DNA from: a virus
Taxonomy: Duplodnaviria > Heunggongvirae > Uroviricota > Caudoviricetes
IMG/VR virus record: IMGVR_UViG_3300031088_000793
Length of the DNA: 64,000 nt
Strand: one strand, 5' to 3'
Below are positions 53,812-62,295 of this stretch, one piece after another. The translations under genes were made by a program, and so were the position numbers. A model generated the notes under the pieces. That model ran no database searches, had not been told where the DNA came from, and was given only the letters and a program-made list of their open reading frames with translations. The stretch's first letter is position 1, and every line of letters begins with the position of its first letter.

Positions 53812-54153
53812 TCAGGCCATCTCGATGACGGTGCCGAGCATGGTCACGCGGAGGTCCTTGCCGGACTTGAGCTTGAGGAAGGAGCCACCGCTGAAGGAAA
53901 GGAGGCGGTAGGTACCGTCCGGGTGGATGTGGCTCGTGGGCTCGAGGATGTAGTCGGCGCCCCGGGCACCCTTGAGCCAGGTCACCACCTCGCCGGGGTA
54001 GTCACCCTTGGGCGCCATGACCTGGATGCGGACATCGAAGCTCTTGGAGCCGAGCATGATGGAGCCAGCGTCCTGCATGGTGAAGCCATCTTCCTGGACG
54101 ATCTCGCCCAGGGTCAGCGTGTTGGAGGTCTTGAGGTTCTTCGTGGTGTCCAT
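53812..54153 (-). CDS. Hypothetical protein
   Basis: Leaderless TTGCGC/TACTAT promoter. Confidence 0.8.
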   Translation of the reverse strand: MDTTKNLKTSNTLTLGEIVQEDGFTMQDAGSIMLGSKSFDVRIQVMAPKGDYPGEVVTWLKGARGADYILEPTSHIHPDGTYRLLSFSGGSFLKLKSGKDLRVTMLGTVIEMA

Positions 54154-54210
54154 GGATCTATAGTACACCACAGACTCCCCAGCGCAACCACCTAAGGAGA
54201 AGTCCTCTGC

Positions 54211-54390
54211 TCAGTCAGCTTCGGGGAGGGGCTCAAGGTCGGACTCAGTCCAGGTCTCTCCCTCGTAGTCACCGTCGTCCCAGACGATGCCGTACTCGAA
54301 GATTCCGGGAGCAACCTCCTTCACGGCGCTGATGGTGCCCCAGGCGCTGCCGAAGCCCTCGGCTACGCGATCTCCCTCTTTGCGAGCCAT
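54211..54390 (-). CDS. 59-aa SH3/KOW-like protein, not in the ORF track
   Basis: Manual translation MARKEGDRVAEGFGSAWGTI..YGIVWDDG..W.ESDL. SD plus 13-mer upstream. Confidence 0.7.
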   Translation of the reverse strand: MARKEGDRVAEGFGSAWGTISAVKEVAPGIFEYGIVWDDGDYEGETWTESDLEPLPEAD

Positions 54391-54402
54391 GGGAGGCTCC
54401 TC

Positions 54403-54415
54403 TCTGTGGTCAGTG
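54403..54415 (-). promoter_or_regulatory. Start-associated 13-mer, copy 3
   Basis: Identical to 385-397 and 10656-10668. Confidence 0.65.
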
Positions 54416-54442
54416 ATGCTGAGCTTGAGTTCAGTTCGACTA

Positions 54443-55033
54443 TCAGCTGCCGGCGACTCGAGCCGCGTTGGCCATGGCCTCGGCGGACTGAGGCGTGCCA
54501 GCGCCGTTGAGGAGCAGGTAGAGCTCAGCCTCTTCCTCCAGGCTGGCAGCCCGCGCCTCCACGGTGGGCAGGGAGAAGGTGGCGCCCTGGTGGCGCTGCT
54601 CGGAGAGCGTCAGTCCGGTGTAGCGGACATAGGGACCGTCCTCGGTCTCCTCGGTGGTCTCCACCACGGCCGGATCGAACCAGGATGCGGGGACGCCGAA
54701 CTTTCCGCCGAACCAGGCGATGGCCGTCTCAATGCGCTGCTTGCCGTCGATGGCCGAGTAGGCGAAGTAGCCGATGGGGCCGTTGCTGTCGCTGGGCCAC
54801 TCACCGAAGATCCGGTCGTTGATGACGATGGAGGGGATCGGCACGCCCATGAGCCAGGATCGAACCAGAGCGATGCGCTGATCCTCGGTCCAGACGGAGC
54901 CTCGCTGGTACTCGGGGTTGATGTCACCGTCTTCGCTGCTGAAGATTCGAGCAACCTCCCGGGCTGAGCGGTTGCTGGCCTGCATGGAGCGGTAGGCGAG
55001 GGGCGCGGAGGTCTGGCGAGTCATGGCAGTCAT
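54443..55033 (-). CDS. Stand-alone DUF262 (ParB-like) domain protein
   Basis: INPEYQRG.VW...LV.S...G.PIP.I..IDGKQR. Confidence 0.85.
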   Translation of the reverse strand: MTAMTRQTSAPLAYRSMQASNRSAREVARIFSSEDGDINPEYQRGSVWTEDQRIALVRSWLMGVPIPSIVINDRIFGEWPSDSNGPIGYFAYSAIDGKQRIETAIAWFGGKFGVPASWFDPAVVETTEETEDGPYVRYTGLTLSEQRHQGATFSLPTVEARAASLEEEAELYLLLNGAGTPQSAEAMANAARVAGS

Positions 55034-55113
55034 AGGTAGAACTGTACACCGTCTGCTCAGAGCCCGCAACCGGCAGCTGTGAGTCGATGGAAGCTGAAGC
55101 CGATGCTCCGGCG

Positions 55114-55347
55114 CTACTCAGCCTCTGTCCGGCGCTCTGCGGCGATGAGAGCAGCCGCGAGGAGCGTTCCCGGAGTCGTGTCGAAGGGTCCCCGATGCTC
55201 CGTCAGAGCTGCCTCCAGCACTGTCTCCAGGCTGTCGAGGAACTCGGGCGATGTCGTGGGGCTGCTGGGCTCAGCGGCTCCGGCTCTCCGGGAGGCTCGG
55301 AGGATGCGCTGAGCTTCCCGGATGGACTGATCGGCAGCTTCGGTCAA
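55114..55347 (-). CDS. Hypothetical protein
   Basis: ORF in operon. Confidence 0.55.
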   Translation of the reverse strand: MTEAADQSIREAQRILRASRRAGAAEPSSPTTSPEFLDSLETVLEAALTEHRGPFDTTPGTLLAAALIAAERRTEAE

Positions 55348-55427
55348 CTGCTACTCCTTGGAGAGATTCGGGCTACTGGCACAGAGAACCTCCCCCGGCT
55401 CCAGCTGGAACCGGGGGAGGAAGGATC

Positions 55428-55688
55428 TCAGTCGAAGATCCGGAAGGTGATGGCCCACTCGTCGGCTTCGAAGTCGAAGGTGACCTTCTCGACGCCCGTG
55501 ATCGAGGCGTACTGCGAGTCCTTGGCGAGCTCAGCGTTCACCGTGGTGGTGGCCTGAGCGATGGCCTGAGCCTCCGTCTCGATGAGGGGTGCCACGACGA
55601 AGGGAGCGAGGTTGCCAGCGAGTCGCTTGAGCGAGTCGAGCTTGGCGACGGTGATCCGAGGAACGGTGGTGGTGAGCTGGTAGGTCAT
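55428..55688 (-). CDS. Hypothetical protein
   Basis: SD AAGGAG. Confidence 0.75.
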   Translation of the reverse strand: MTYQLTTTVPRITVAKLDSLKRLAGNLAPFVVAPLIETEAQAIAQATTTVNAELAKDSQYASITGVEKVTFDFEADEWAITFRIFD

Positions 55689-55770
55689 GGTGTGCTCCTT
55701 CGTCGGTTGGGTTGAATGTGGTGAGATTCACAGTACACCACTCCTCCCGCCAGCGCAACCGACAAAGCGA

Positions 55771-55802
55771 AGGCCACCCGCTCGAGGTTGAGCGGGTGGC
55801 CT
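55771..55802. terminator. Hairpin after 55816..56184
   Basis: AGGCCACCCGCTC/GAGCGGGTGGCCT. Confidence 0.7.
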
Positions 55803-55815
55803 AGGGTCGAGGTTG

Positions 55816-56184
55816 TTAGGCCTCGGGGAGATCGGCGGGATCGATGTCGTGGAACTCGACGAGCTCCTCGATGGCCTGGCTCCTGTCGCCGCCGCAGTAG
55901 GCCGTGTAGAACTCGAAGGCGGCCTTGATGTCCGGGAAGGAGAGCTCGATGGTCGCTTCGCGGCGCTCGCCCTCGAGACCTCCACGGATGTGGCGAACGA
56001 AGCGCGTGCCAGCAGGGTAGATCCCCTCTGCGACGAGCTCCTTGATCTCCTTCTTGAGGGCCTTGGTCAGCACGGCGGAGGACTCGGTGCGGGGGAGGTT
56101 CTCGTCCCAGTCGGCCCACTCGACCTCCAGGCTGAGGGGCTTCGTGGTCGCTTCGATCTTGGCGGGAGTCTGCGTGGTGGTCAT
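55816..56184 (-). CDS. Hypothetical protein
   Basis: Leaderless TTGTGC/TATGAT promoter. Confidence 0.8.
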   Translation of the reverse strand: MTTTQTPAKIEATTKPLSLEVEWADWDENLPRTESSAVLTKALKKEIKELVAEGIYPAGTRFVRHIRGGLEGERREATIELSFPDIKAAFEFYTAYCGGDRSQAIEELVEFHDIDPADLPEA

Positions 56185-56244
56185 GGGTCAATCATACGCG
56201 GAAGGGCCGGGGAGCACAACCATCTCTCCCCGGCCTTTTCGCGC

Positions 56245-56667
56245 TCAGCTCACCAGGATCTCGAAGCCAGTACCGTAGTACCCGTTGCCCTCGAGTCCTC
56301 CGACCTCCAGGATCTCCTGACCCTGGGCCACACCTTCGGCGTAGACGAAGAGCCTGTAGACATCTGGGCTGATTCCCTCATCCTCCGCAGGTGTCAACTC
56401 CTTCGCAGCTTCGATGGGATCTAGGCTGCGCTGAACCTCGACCCGGGTGATGGCGTTCTCAGCCGTAGCCAAGGACACCAGGGAGAAGTCTCCCTGGCCG
56501 CAGCATCCTCCGAAGTTGGGCTCCACGGTAAGCACGGTGCCATCGCTGAGGCTCAAGGTCTGGGCCTCAAGATCCACCGCGATCACTCGCTTGCCGACGA
56601 ACTGTGCCGCGAGGGCCTCGCTGTCAGTGTGCCTAATTCGATTCTTGTCTTGCTCGTAGAAGCTCAT
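56245..56667 (-). CDS. Phage-type protein (L.LSDGT..GCCG..N.IT.V..GNGYYG)
   Basis: Start moved to MSFYEQ. Confidence 0.75.
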   Translation of the reverse strand: MSFYEQDKNRIRHTDSEALAAQFVGKRVIAVDLEAQTLSLSDGTVLTVEPNFGGCCGQGDFSLVSLATAENAITRVEVQRSLDPIEAAKELTPAEDEGISPDVYRLFVYAEGVAQGQEILEVGGLEGNGYYGTGFEILVS

Positions 56668-56787
56668 TGTCTTTTCCTTTTCTCTTTGGACGAACAATGA
56701 CCTTGAGATCGGATCTGACGCTGTGCTATCTGTGATGCTATCTTGCTGTGGGGCTGTGGTGCGAAGCTATCCTAACGAGGGCTGAGC

Positions 56788-57033
56788 TCAGACGCCGAGG
56801 GAGTTCGCGAGCCGAGTCCACTTGCTCCTCTTGAGCGCAGCCCGCTCGACCAGGGGGTGCCAGGACGGAAGCGCTGAGATGGCATAGCTGTAATCCCAGG
56901 CCGCGTCGTTGGCTCGCCGGGAGACCATTCGGCCGATGAGCGCGGGGAGCAGTGGGTGTCTGCGGCGAGGCGTCTTCTCGAGCGCGGCGGCAGCGTGAGC
57001 AGTGGTCACCTGGGGAGCGTCGAAGAGCATCAT
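56788..57033 (-). CDS. Hypothetical protein
   Basis: Leaderless TTGACA/TAGGAT promoter. Confidence 0.7.
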   Translation of the reverse strand: MMLFDAPQVTTAHAAAALEKTPRRRHPLLPALIGRMVSRRANDAAWDYSYAISALPSWHPLVERAALKRSKWTRLANSLGV

Positions 57034-57089
57034 GGAGCCATCCTACGCAGTGCTAGCAGTTCTGTCAACACTCCGAGCGAAAGGAGGAC

Positions 57090-57527
57090 TCAGCGGTAGT
57101 TGTCCTCGAGGTCAAGCTGCCAGCCAGCGATCTTCGGATCTAGAGCGATCCGGTCGAGGATGGACTGCAGCCGAGCCTCGTAGTCCTCGAAGCTCTTGAA
57201 CTCCAGTTCCTCGGCCTCGACCGCCCTGCAGAACTCGATGTACTCGGGATCCTTCTCCATGAGGGCCCAGAGGTAGTTGTCGAGGGCCGTCTCGTAGTTG
57301 ACCCCCATGGGAGAGTGCTTCGTGCCGTTGCCCTTCTCGAGGTAGCGGTCGAAGTCATCGCCCTCCATCTGGTAGGGCTTGAGCTCCTCCGGGATGTCCC
57401 GGGTCTCAGGGAAGCTCACCGTGAGCACGGTCTCACCTTCGTTCCTCGCGAAGCTGTAGTGCTTGCCCTCCACGAAGCCCAGCTCTCTAAGGCTTCGAGT
57501 GACGGTATCGATCTGAGACTGGCTCAC
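57090..57527 (-). CDS. MSQSQ-family tandem paralogue 3
   Basis: MSQSQ..LG.VEG..Y..PEELKPY..DL..NY. Confidence 0.85.
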   Translation of the reverse strand: MSQSQIDTVTRSLRELGFVEGKHYSFARNEGETVLTVSFPETRDIPEELKPYQMEGDDFDRYLEKGNGTKHSPMGVNYETALDNYLWALMEKDPEYIEFCRAVEAEELEFKSFEDYEARLQSILDRIALDPKIAGWQLDLEDNYR

Positions 57528-57572
57528 GGTGATTCTCCCTGATTCTTTGGCTCTAGCTTCGCTGCTGCGAGC

Positions 57573-58019
57573 TCAGAGGTAGTTCTCGTTGAGGTCGCGC
57601 TCCCAGGCGGCGATCTGAGGCCGAGCGCAGATCTCAGCCCAGAGCTCAGCCCTCTTAGTGTCGTACTCCTCGATGGAGGGCATGTTCTCCCCGGAGCGGA
57701 TGCGAGCGCTGAAGTCGATCATCTCCGGAGTCTCGGCGAGGATCTCCGAGGCGTAGCGTCTCAGTGCGATCTCGAAGGCCGCTCCGGTCCAGGTCTCCTT
57801 CCCGGCGTTGCCCTTGTCCATGTAGCGCTCGAGCTCGTGGTTGCTCAGAGCGTAGGGCTTCAGCTCCTCGGGGAGCTCTCGAGTGTCGGGATCGACCTCG
57901 AGCTCCAGGGAGAAGCTCACGCTGTTGCCGCGGCCGGCGTGGACGCTGTAGTCCTCACCCTCGACGAGCCCCAGGGACTCGAGGTGAGCCTTGATGCTTT
58001 CGAACTGTGACTGACTCAT
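57573..58019 (-). CDS. MSQSQ-family tandem paralogue 2
   Basis: Same motifs. Confidence 0.85.
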   Translation of the reverse strand: MSQSQFESIKAHLESLGLVEGEDYSVHAGRGNSVSFSLELEVDPDTRELPEELKPYALSNHELERYMDKGNAGKETWTGAAFEIALRRYASEILAETPEMIDFSARIRSGENMPSIEEYDTKRAELWAEICARPQIAAWERDLNENYL

Positions 58020-58064
58020 GGGATTCTCCTTCAGGCTTTTAGCGCTCTGGCTGCAGCTGCAGGC

Positions 58065-58508
58065 TCAGAGGTAGTTCTCGTCGAGGTCCTTCTGCAGAGC
58101 GATGAGCTCGGGATTCTCCCAGATACGCTCCCAGATCAGCCGACGCTGAGCCTCGTAGGTTCGGAAGTCCTCGATGCTGTCGATGGACTTCAGCTTGGCC
58201 TCCAGAGCGACGCACTCGGGGTCGCTGCGGAGCTGGTGGTTAGCGTAGTCGCGGAGCGCAGCTGCGAAGATCACTCCGATGATGGTGCGCTTCTCCGACC
58301 CCTTGCCGATGGCACGGTCGGCAGCCATCTCACTCATGGCGTAGGGCTTCAGTACCTCCGGGAGCTCCTTGGGGTCGAGCTCGAGGTCGATGGAGAAGGT
58401 GATGCCGCTCCGGTTTCCCGAGATGTAGTAGTCCTCGTCCTCGACGAGGCCCAGGGCCGCGATGGTGGACTTCAGCTGATCGATCTGTGATTGACTCATG
58501 GGGCTCAT
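58065..58508 (-). CDS. MSQSQ-family tandem paralogue 1
   Basis: Same motifs. TTGACT/TAGGAT promoter. Confidence 0.85.
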   Translation of the reverse strand: MSPMSQSQIDQLKSTIAALGLVEDEDYYISGNRSGITFSIDLELDPKELPEVLKPYAMSEMAADRAIGKGSEKRTIIGVIFAAALRDYANHQLRSDPECVALEAKLKSIDSIEDFRTYEAQRRLIWERIWENPELIALQKDLDENYL

Positions 58509-58596
58509 CCTATGCCATCTTTCGGGAGGAAGTCAACCCTCTCGCATCGTTACATGAAAGCAGTGCTTTCGGAGGACTGTTCCGGCCAACGGCGAA

Positions 58597-58643
58597 GCGC
58601 GCAGCCTAGAGGGTCGATGAGCTCGACGCCCTAGCCTGCGCGC
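58597..58643. repeat. Intergenic hairpin element, diverged copy 3
   Basis: GCGCGCAGCCTAGAGGGTCGA-tgagc-TCGACGCCCTAGCCTGCGCGC. Confidence 0.7.
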
Positions 58644-58709
58644 TCAGGCTGCGAAATCAGACCCCTGAGGAACCCCTCGAAGAGCTGCTTCCGACGGCTC
58701 AGAATCCGC

Positions 58710-59048
58710 TCAGCGAATCTTGAGCACGGTGAGCTGATCCACTCGGAGATCCTCGAGATCGTGCCAGGCTCCCGGATTCGAGCTGTAGACCTGGATGGCC
58801 ACCTCCCGGACGCTCAGCGTGCCGGGAAGGATGTTCATGTAGCTGTTGCCGTCGCTGTCCGAAATCAGCGCCACGGTGACCGAGTCCTCCTCGGCGTAGG
58901 TCACATCGGTGAGCGGGGGAGTCTCATCGCTGAGCCCCTCGAGGTAGGTGAACCCGGCCTCGAGATCCACGCGGAGGTAGGGCTGATCAGCCACTGCCTT
59001 CCGGATGCTGTCCTTGGTCGAGTCCTTGAGCTCGGAGCTGTTGGCCAT
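58710..59048 (-). CDS. Hypothetical protein
   Basis: ORF with an SD-like site. Confidence 0.7.
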   Translation of the reverse strand: MANSSELKDSTKDSIRKAVADQPYLRVDLEAGFTYLEGLSDETPPLTDVTYAEEDSVTVALISDSDGNSYMNILPGTLSVREVAIQVYSSNPGAWHDLEDLRVDQLTVLKIR

Positions 59049-59082
59049 GGGTTCTACTTTCTTCTAGGTTGTTCAGAAGCCG

Positions 59083-59388
59083 CTACAGGAAGGCAGCCGC
59101 GACGGCCGGCTCTGCGTAGCCGGTGGGGAGCCGGTGGGACTCGAGCCGGGGGTTGCCGCTGTGCTTGTCCTTGAAGCGAGCGATGGTGTCTCCGGAGATC
59201 GGCGAGGGCGAGCCGTTGAGGAAAGTGTGGTAGTAGGCGTAGGCGGGAGTCATGGCCTCGTAGTTGAAGACCAGGATGTCCGTGGTGTTGTCGTGCTCCA
59301 TGGTGATGCTGTCCCAGCCGCCGAGGGGCGTGGTGGGGTCGAACTTGGGGTCGGTGCCGAGGATCTCTTCGAGCTTCAGGTCAGCCAT
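59083..59388 (-). CDS. Hypothetical protein
   Basis: Start moved to MADLKL. Confidence 0.7.
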   Translation of the reverse strand: MADLKLEEILGTDPKFDPTTPLGGWDSITMEHDNTTDILVFNYEAMTPAYAYYHTFLNGSPSPISGDTIARFKDKHSGNPRLESHRLPTGYAEPAVAAAFL

Positions 59389-59490
59389 GATTCTTCCAAT
59401 GCCTAGATGGATGCGGTGTGGATCCAACCTAACACGGCGAAAGGGCTGAGGTCAACTGTTCTCAGAACGCATTTCCCGGCCGAAAGAGTA

Positions 59491-59520
59491 GGAGGCGGGC
59501 CATCGGTTGGGCCCGCCTCC
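59491..59520. terminator. Hairpin after the beta-helix gene
   Basis: GGAGGCGGGCC/GGCCCGCCTCC. Confidence 0.7.
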
Positions 59521-59543
59521 TAGTCCTGCTCAGCTTGAGCTAT

Positions 59544-60914
59544 CTAGCTGCACTGGATGTTGGCCACTCCGAGGCCAGCTGCAGTGGGCTGGCAGGCAAC
59601 GGTGTTGCCGGTGGTGCCAGACTGGAGGCTGACGAGGTAGCCAGGAACGCCGCTGATCACGCTGTTGGCGCTGAAGCTGTTGTCGTTGCCCCAGCCCTCG
59701 AGGGCCCTGTGGACCTGGAAGGCGTCGAGCTTGGTTCCAGCGCCGGAGTTGCCGGTGATGGTGTAGCCGTTGCCCTTCACATCGACCCAGGAGTCTCCGT
59801 AGTTCTCACCCGAGAAGCCTGAGTTGGTGAAGACATTGCCGGAGAGTACTCCACCGGTGGTCCCCTCCTTCACATCGATGCCCTCGGTGGTCGTGTTGTA
59901 GATCCGGTTGTTCTTGACGGTGACTCTGTCGCTTCTGTCCGGAGTGCTGCTGGAGCCCATGATGCTGTTCCAGTTGCTCTTGGCGGAGCCGATGTAGACA
60001 CCCTCGCCGTAGCTGGGAGAGTCCAGGCCCGTGTCATGGACGCTTGAGTCCGAGATGGTGCCGCCGGTGCTGTTCTTGCGGAAGTGAACTCCCTCGTCTC
60101 CGATGAAGCCCACATCCACGCTCTCGATGACCGAGTTCTCAGAGCCGTCGAGGACGATCCCCTTGGCGGCCTTGTTCACTGAGATCCCCTTCACATTCCA
60201 GTTGTCACCTGTGATGTGGAGTCCGTAGCCCTTGGAGAGGGACCCAGTGGTGAGCACAGCTTCGGAGCTACCTCTGAGGGTGATCGGCTTCTCGGAGGTT
60301 CCGTCCACAGCTGCGACGAACTTACCGGTGTAGGTTCCCTTCTCCAGGACGATGGTGCCGGCAGGCTTCACTGCGGCCAGCGCCTTCGTGAGCTCATCGG
60401 CGGTCCGGACGGTGATGAGAGAGCCAGCGGCTGGAGCTGTCGGTGCTGGAGTGACCACGGGTGGAGCTGTGGGGGTAGGTGCCGGAGTCACCGGCGGAGC
60501 TGTGGGAGGAGCCGTGGGGGCGGGAGTCACCGGCGGAACGGTGGGCGTGGGGGCGGGTGTGGTGGGGGCGCTCCCAGCACTGACGCTGAACTTGGCGGTC
60601 TCGCTGTCCTTGTCCGAGGGTCCGTCGTGGCGAGCCTTGAGCTTATGGTCACCGGCTGTGGTCTTGATGTCCCAGCTGAAGGGAGCCTTGCTGTCCTTGC
60701 CCAGATAGACTCCATCGAGGACGAAGGTCACATCCTCTGTGTCCGAGGGGGCTTCGACGCTCACCGTGAAGCTAGAGCTGGTGAGCTTTGCTGAGTCGAG
60801 GCTCTTGCCGTCAACTGTCATCACCGGTGCTACCGCACTGGCTGGTAGGGCGAAGCCGAAGCTCGCAATGGCTAGGGCCGTGATGGCCGATACGATGCAG
60901 GTCTTTCTTCTCAT
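59544..60914 (-). CDS. Secreted protein: Ig-like domain, Pro/Thr linker, right-handed parallel beta-helix (pectate-lyase-like fold)
   Basis: Signal peptide, V.F.LDG..D..APF.W, TPAPT repeats, GDEGVHFR..HDTG..GEGVYIGSA..EGIDVKEG. Confidence 0.8.
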   Translation of the reverse strand: MRRKTCIVSAITALAIASFGFALPASAVAPVMTVDGKSLDSAKLTSSSFTVSVEAPSDTEDVTFVLDGVYLGKDSKAPFSWDIKTTAGDHKLKARHDGPSDKDSETAKFSVSAGSAPTTPAPTPTVPPVTPAPTAPPTAPPVTPAPTPTAPPVVTPAPTAPAAGSLITVRTADELTKALAAVKPAGTIVLEKGTYTGKFVAAVDGTSEKPITLRGSSEAVLTTGSLSKGYGLHITGDNWNVKGISVNKAAKGIVLDGSENSVIESVDVGFIGDEGVHFRKNSTGGTISDSSVHDTGLDSPSYGEGVYIGSAKSNWNSIMGSSSTPDRSDRVTVKNNRIYNTTTEGIDVKEGTTGGVLSGNVFTNSGFSGENYGDSWVDVKGNGYTITGNSGAGTKLDAFQVHRALEGWGNDNSFSANSVISGVPGYLVSLQSGTTGNTVACQPTAAGLGVANIQCS

Positions 60915-61054
60915 GGAATGTGCCCTCCTGGGGACGAAGATCAGCAGAAAGCTGACTCACCCATTATCAGGAGGTAGAGCGCAGAGCTCTAGTGCTAGGC
61001 CATGCTGCCTCTAAGTGCTCTGGAGGAATGGCCTCGCGCTGAGCTACTTACCAG

Positions 61055-61429
61055 TCAGCGAGCGCTTTCACCCTGGAAAGCCGCTGCCCGATCGGCCACC
61101 GCGATGATCTTGCTGAGGAGCGCTGTGAGGGACTCTCCTGAGTGATCCTGGAGGTGCTCGTAGGCGCCCAGGGCGGTGACGGCCACATCGAGGAGCTCGT
61201 CGAGGACCTTGTCCATGCCGTTGGTGACACCCTTGCGGGGATTGGCGCCGATGGCTCCGATGTAGGCAGCTGCGACCTCTCCCGACTCCTCAGAGAGCTT
61301 GATCAGTCGGATCAGCGCGATGGCCTCAGTGCTCAGCTCGGGATTGCCAGCGTCCACCCACCTGCTCATGGCTAGGAGCTTCTCCTGAGCCTCGGGGATC
61401 TGGGGGACGGGAAAGTTGGCTGAGGTCAC
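61055..61429 (-). CDS. MazG-like NTP pyrophosphohydrolase
   Basis: KLSEESGEVA.A...G.NPRKG...DELLDV. Confidence 0.85.
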   Translation of the reverse strand: MTSANFPVPQIPEAQEKLLAMSRWVDAGNPELSTEAIALIRLIKLSEESGEVAAAYIGAIGANPRKGVTNGMDKVLDELLDVAVTALGAYEHLQDHSGESLTALLSKIIAVADRAAAFQGESAR

Positions 61430-61524
61430 GGTGCTGTCTCCTAATGCTCGAAGGAATTGCTCTGGCTAGAGCTATCCTATCGAGCTCGAAGGAGATCCGC
61501 GGCTTGAGCTCTCTGCGCTGGGCC

Positions 61525-61818
61525 TCAGTCCTCTGCGATGAGCTCGGAGATCTCCGGGAGCTGATCTACCCGGTGAGTCACCTGCGCTCCGACAGCAATA
61601 GCGTAGCGCCGGAGGGTGCTGAGCCGAGGGTCCGCATAGTAGCTCTCGAGCTCTCGAACCTGCTCCGAAAGAACCCCCATCCGCTCAGCGATGGTCTCCA
61701 CGGATTCTCCGCGCTTCTTCCTGATCGAGACCAGAGCCCTGAGGTAGGCCTCATCCTCGCTGACGAGCTGCTCAGCTCGGCCCTGGATGAGCTCCAGGGT
61801 AGCTTCCCACCGCGTCAC
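61525..61818 (-). CDS. XRE/Cro-type HTH protein
   Basis: L..IRK..G.S...IAERMG....V..LE....DPRLSTLRRYA.AVG. GTG start overlaps the upstream stop. Confidence 0.8.
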   Translation of the reverse strand: MTRWEATLELIQGRAEQLVSEDEAYLRALVSIRKKRGESVETIAERMGVLSEQVRELESYYADPRLSTLRRYAIAVGAQVTHRVDQLPEISELIAED

Positions 61819-61952
61819 GAGCGGGCCTGCAGCTTGGCGATCTCCCGGCGCCACTTGGCCGAGTCGTCTGCGAAGCCGAGCTGGTCTGAGAGAGCGAGCA
61901 TCTGCCTAAGCTCTGCGATCTCCAGCTGATTTCCGTTGTGGTCAGTTGCCAT
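61815..61952 (-). CDS. 45-aa ORF coupled to the HTH gene, not in the ORF track
   Basis: Manual translation MATDHNGNQLEIAELRQMLAL..., SD AAGGA, GTGA overlap. Confidence 0.6.
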   Translation of the reverse strand: MATDHNGNQLEIAELRQMLALSDQLGFADDSAKWRREIAKLQARS

Positions 61953-61977
61953 GGGTTTCTATTCCTTCGTTCTGGAG

Positions 61978-62256
61978 TCAGCCCTTGGGGAAGAGCTCAG
62001 CCCGGCGGGCGGGGAGGGCAGCGTTGAGCTCATCGAGGTGGACCATGTCCTTGGCGTAGTCGCGGCAGCCCTCGTTCCACCACCAGAGGATGCTGTGCTC
62101 CTCCTCGGGGGACTGAGCGAGCTCCAGGGCCTCGGCGATCTCGTCGATGCACTCCTGAGCGTTCTTGCCCTGGGTGTACCGGCGGGACAGGGTGTTGACC
62201 CGGCCCAGGTCCCAGCGGGTGAGGTTGTTGACGGGGCGGCTCTGCGTGGTGGTCAT
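61978..62256 (-). CDS. Hypothetical protein
   Basis: Leaderless, start module shared with 52642..52968. Confidence 0.8.
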   Translation of the reverse strand: MTTTQSRPVNNLTRWDLGRVNTLSRRYTQGKNAQECIDEIAEALELAQSPEEEHSILWWWNEGCRDYAKDMVHLDELNAALPARRAELFPKG

Positions 62257-62295
62257 GGGGAAACACTACACCGGAGTCTCGCTCAGCGCAATGGT

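Noticed and set aside
3869-55033. Split GmrSD type IV restriction system (DUF262 plus DUF1524)
   Set aside because: The genes are 50 kb apart, and the DUF1524-like protein is membrane-anchored/exported and lacks the catalytic His.
58597-58643. Linear-plasmid telomere or protelomerase site
   Set aside because: The copies are internal and imperfect, and no terminal-protein or protelomerase gene is seen in the window.
60440-60570. Short tandem GC-rich repeats
   Set aside because: They encode the TPAPT/PPVTPAP linker of the secreted beta-helix protein.
61525-61952. Type II toxin-antitoxin pair (XRE HTH plus coupled 45-aa ORF)
   Set aside because: The 45-aa ORF has no RelE/HigB or other toxin motif. 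Kept only as a coupled gene pair.
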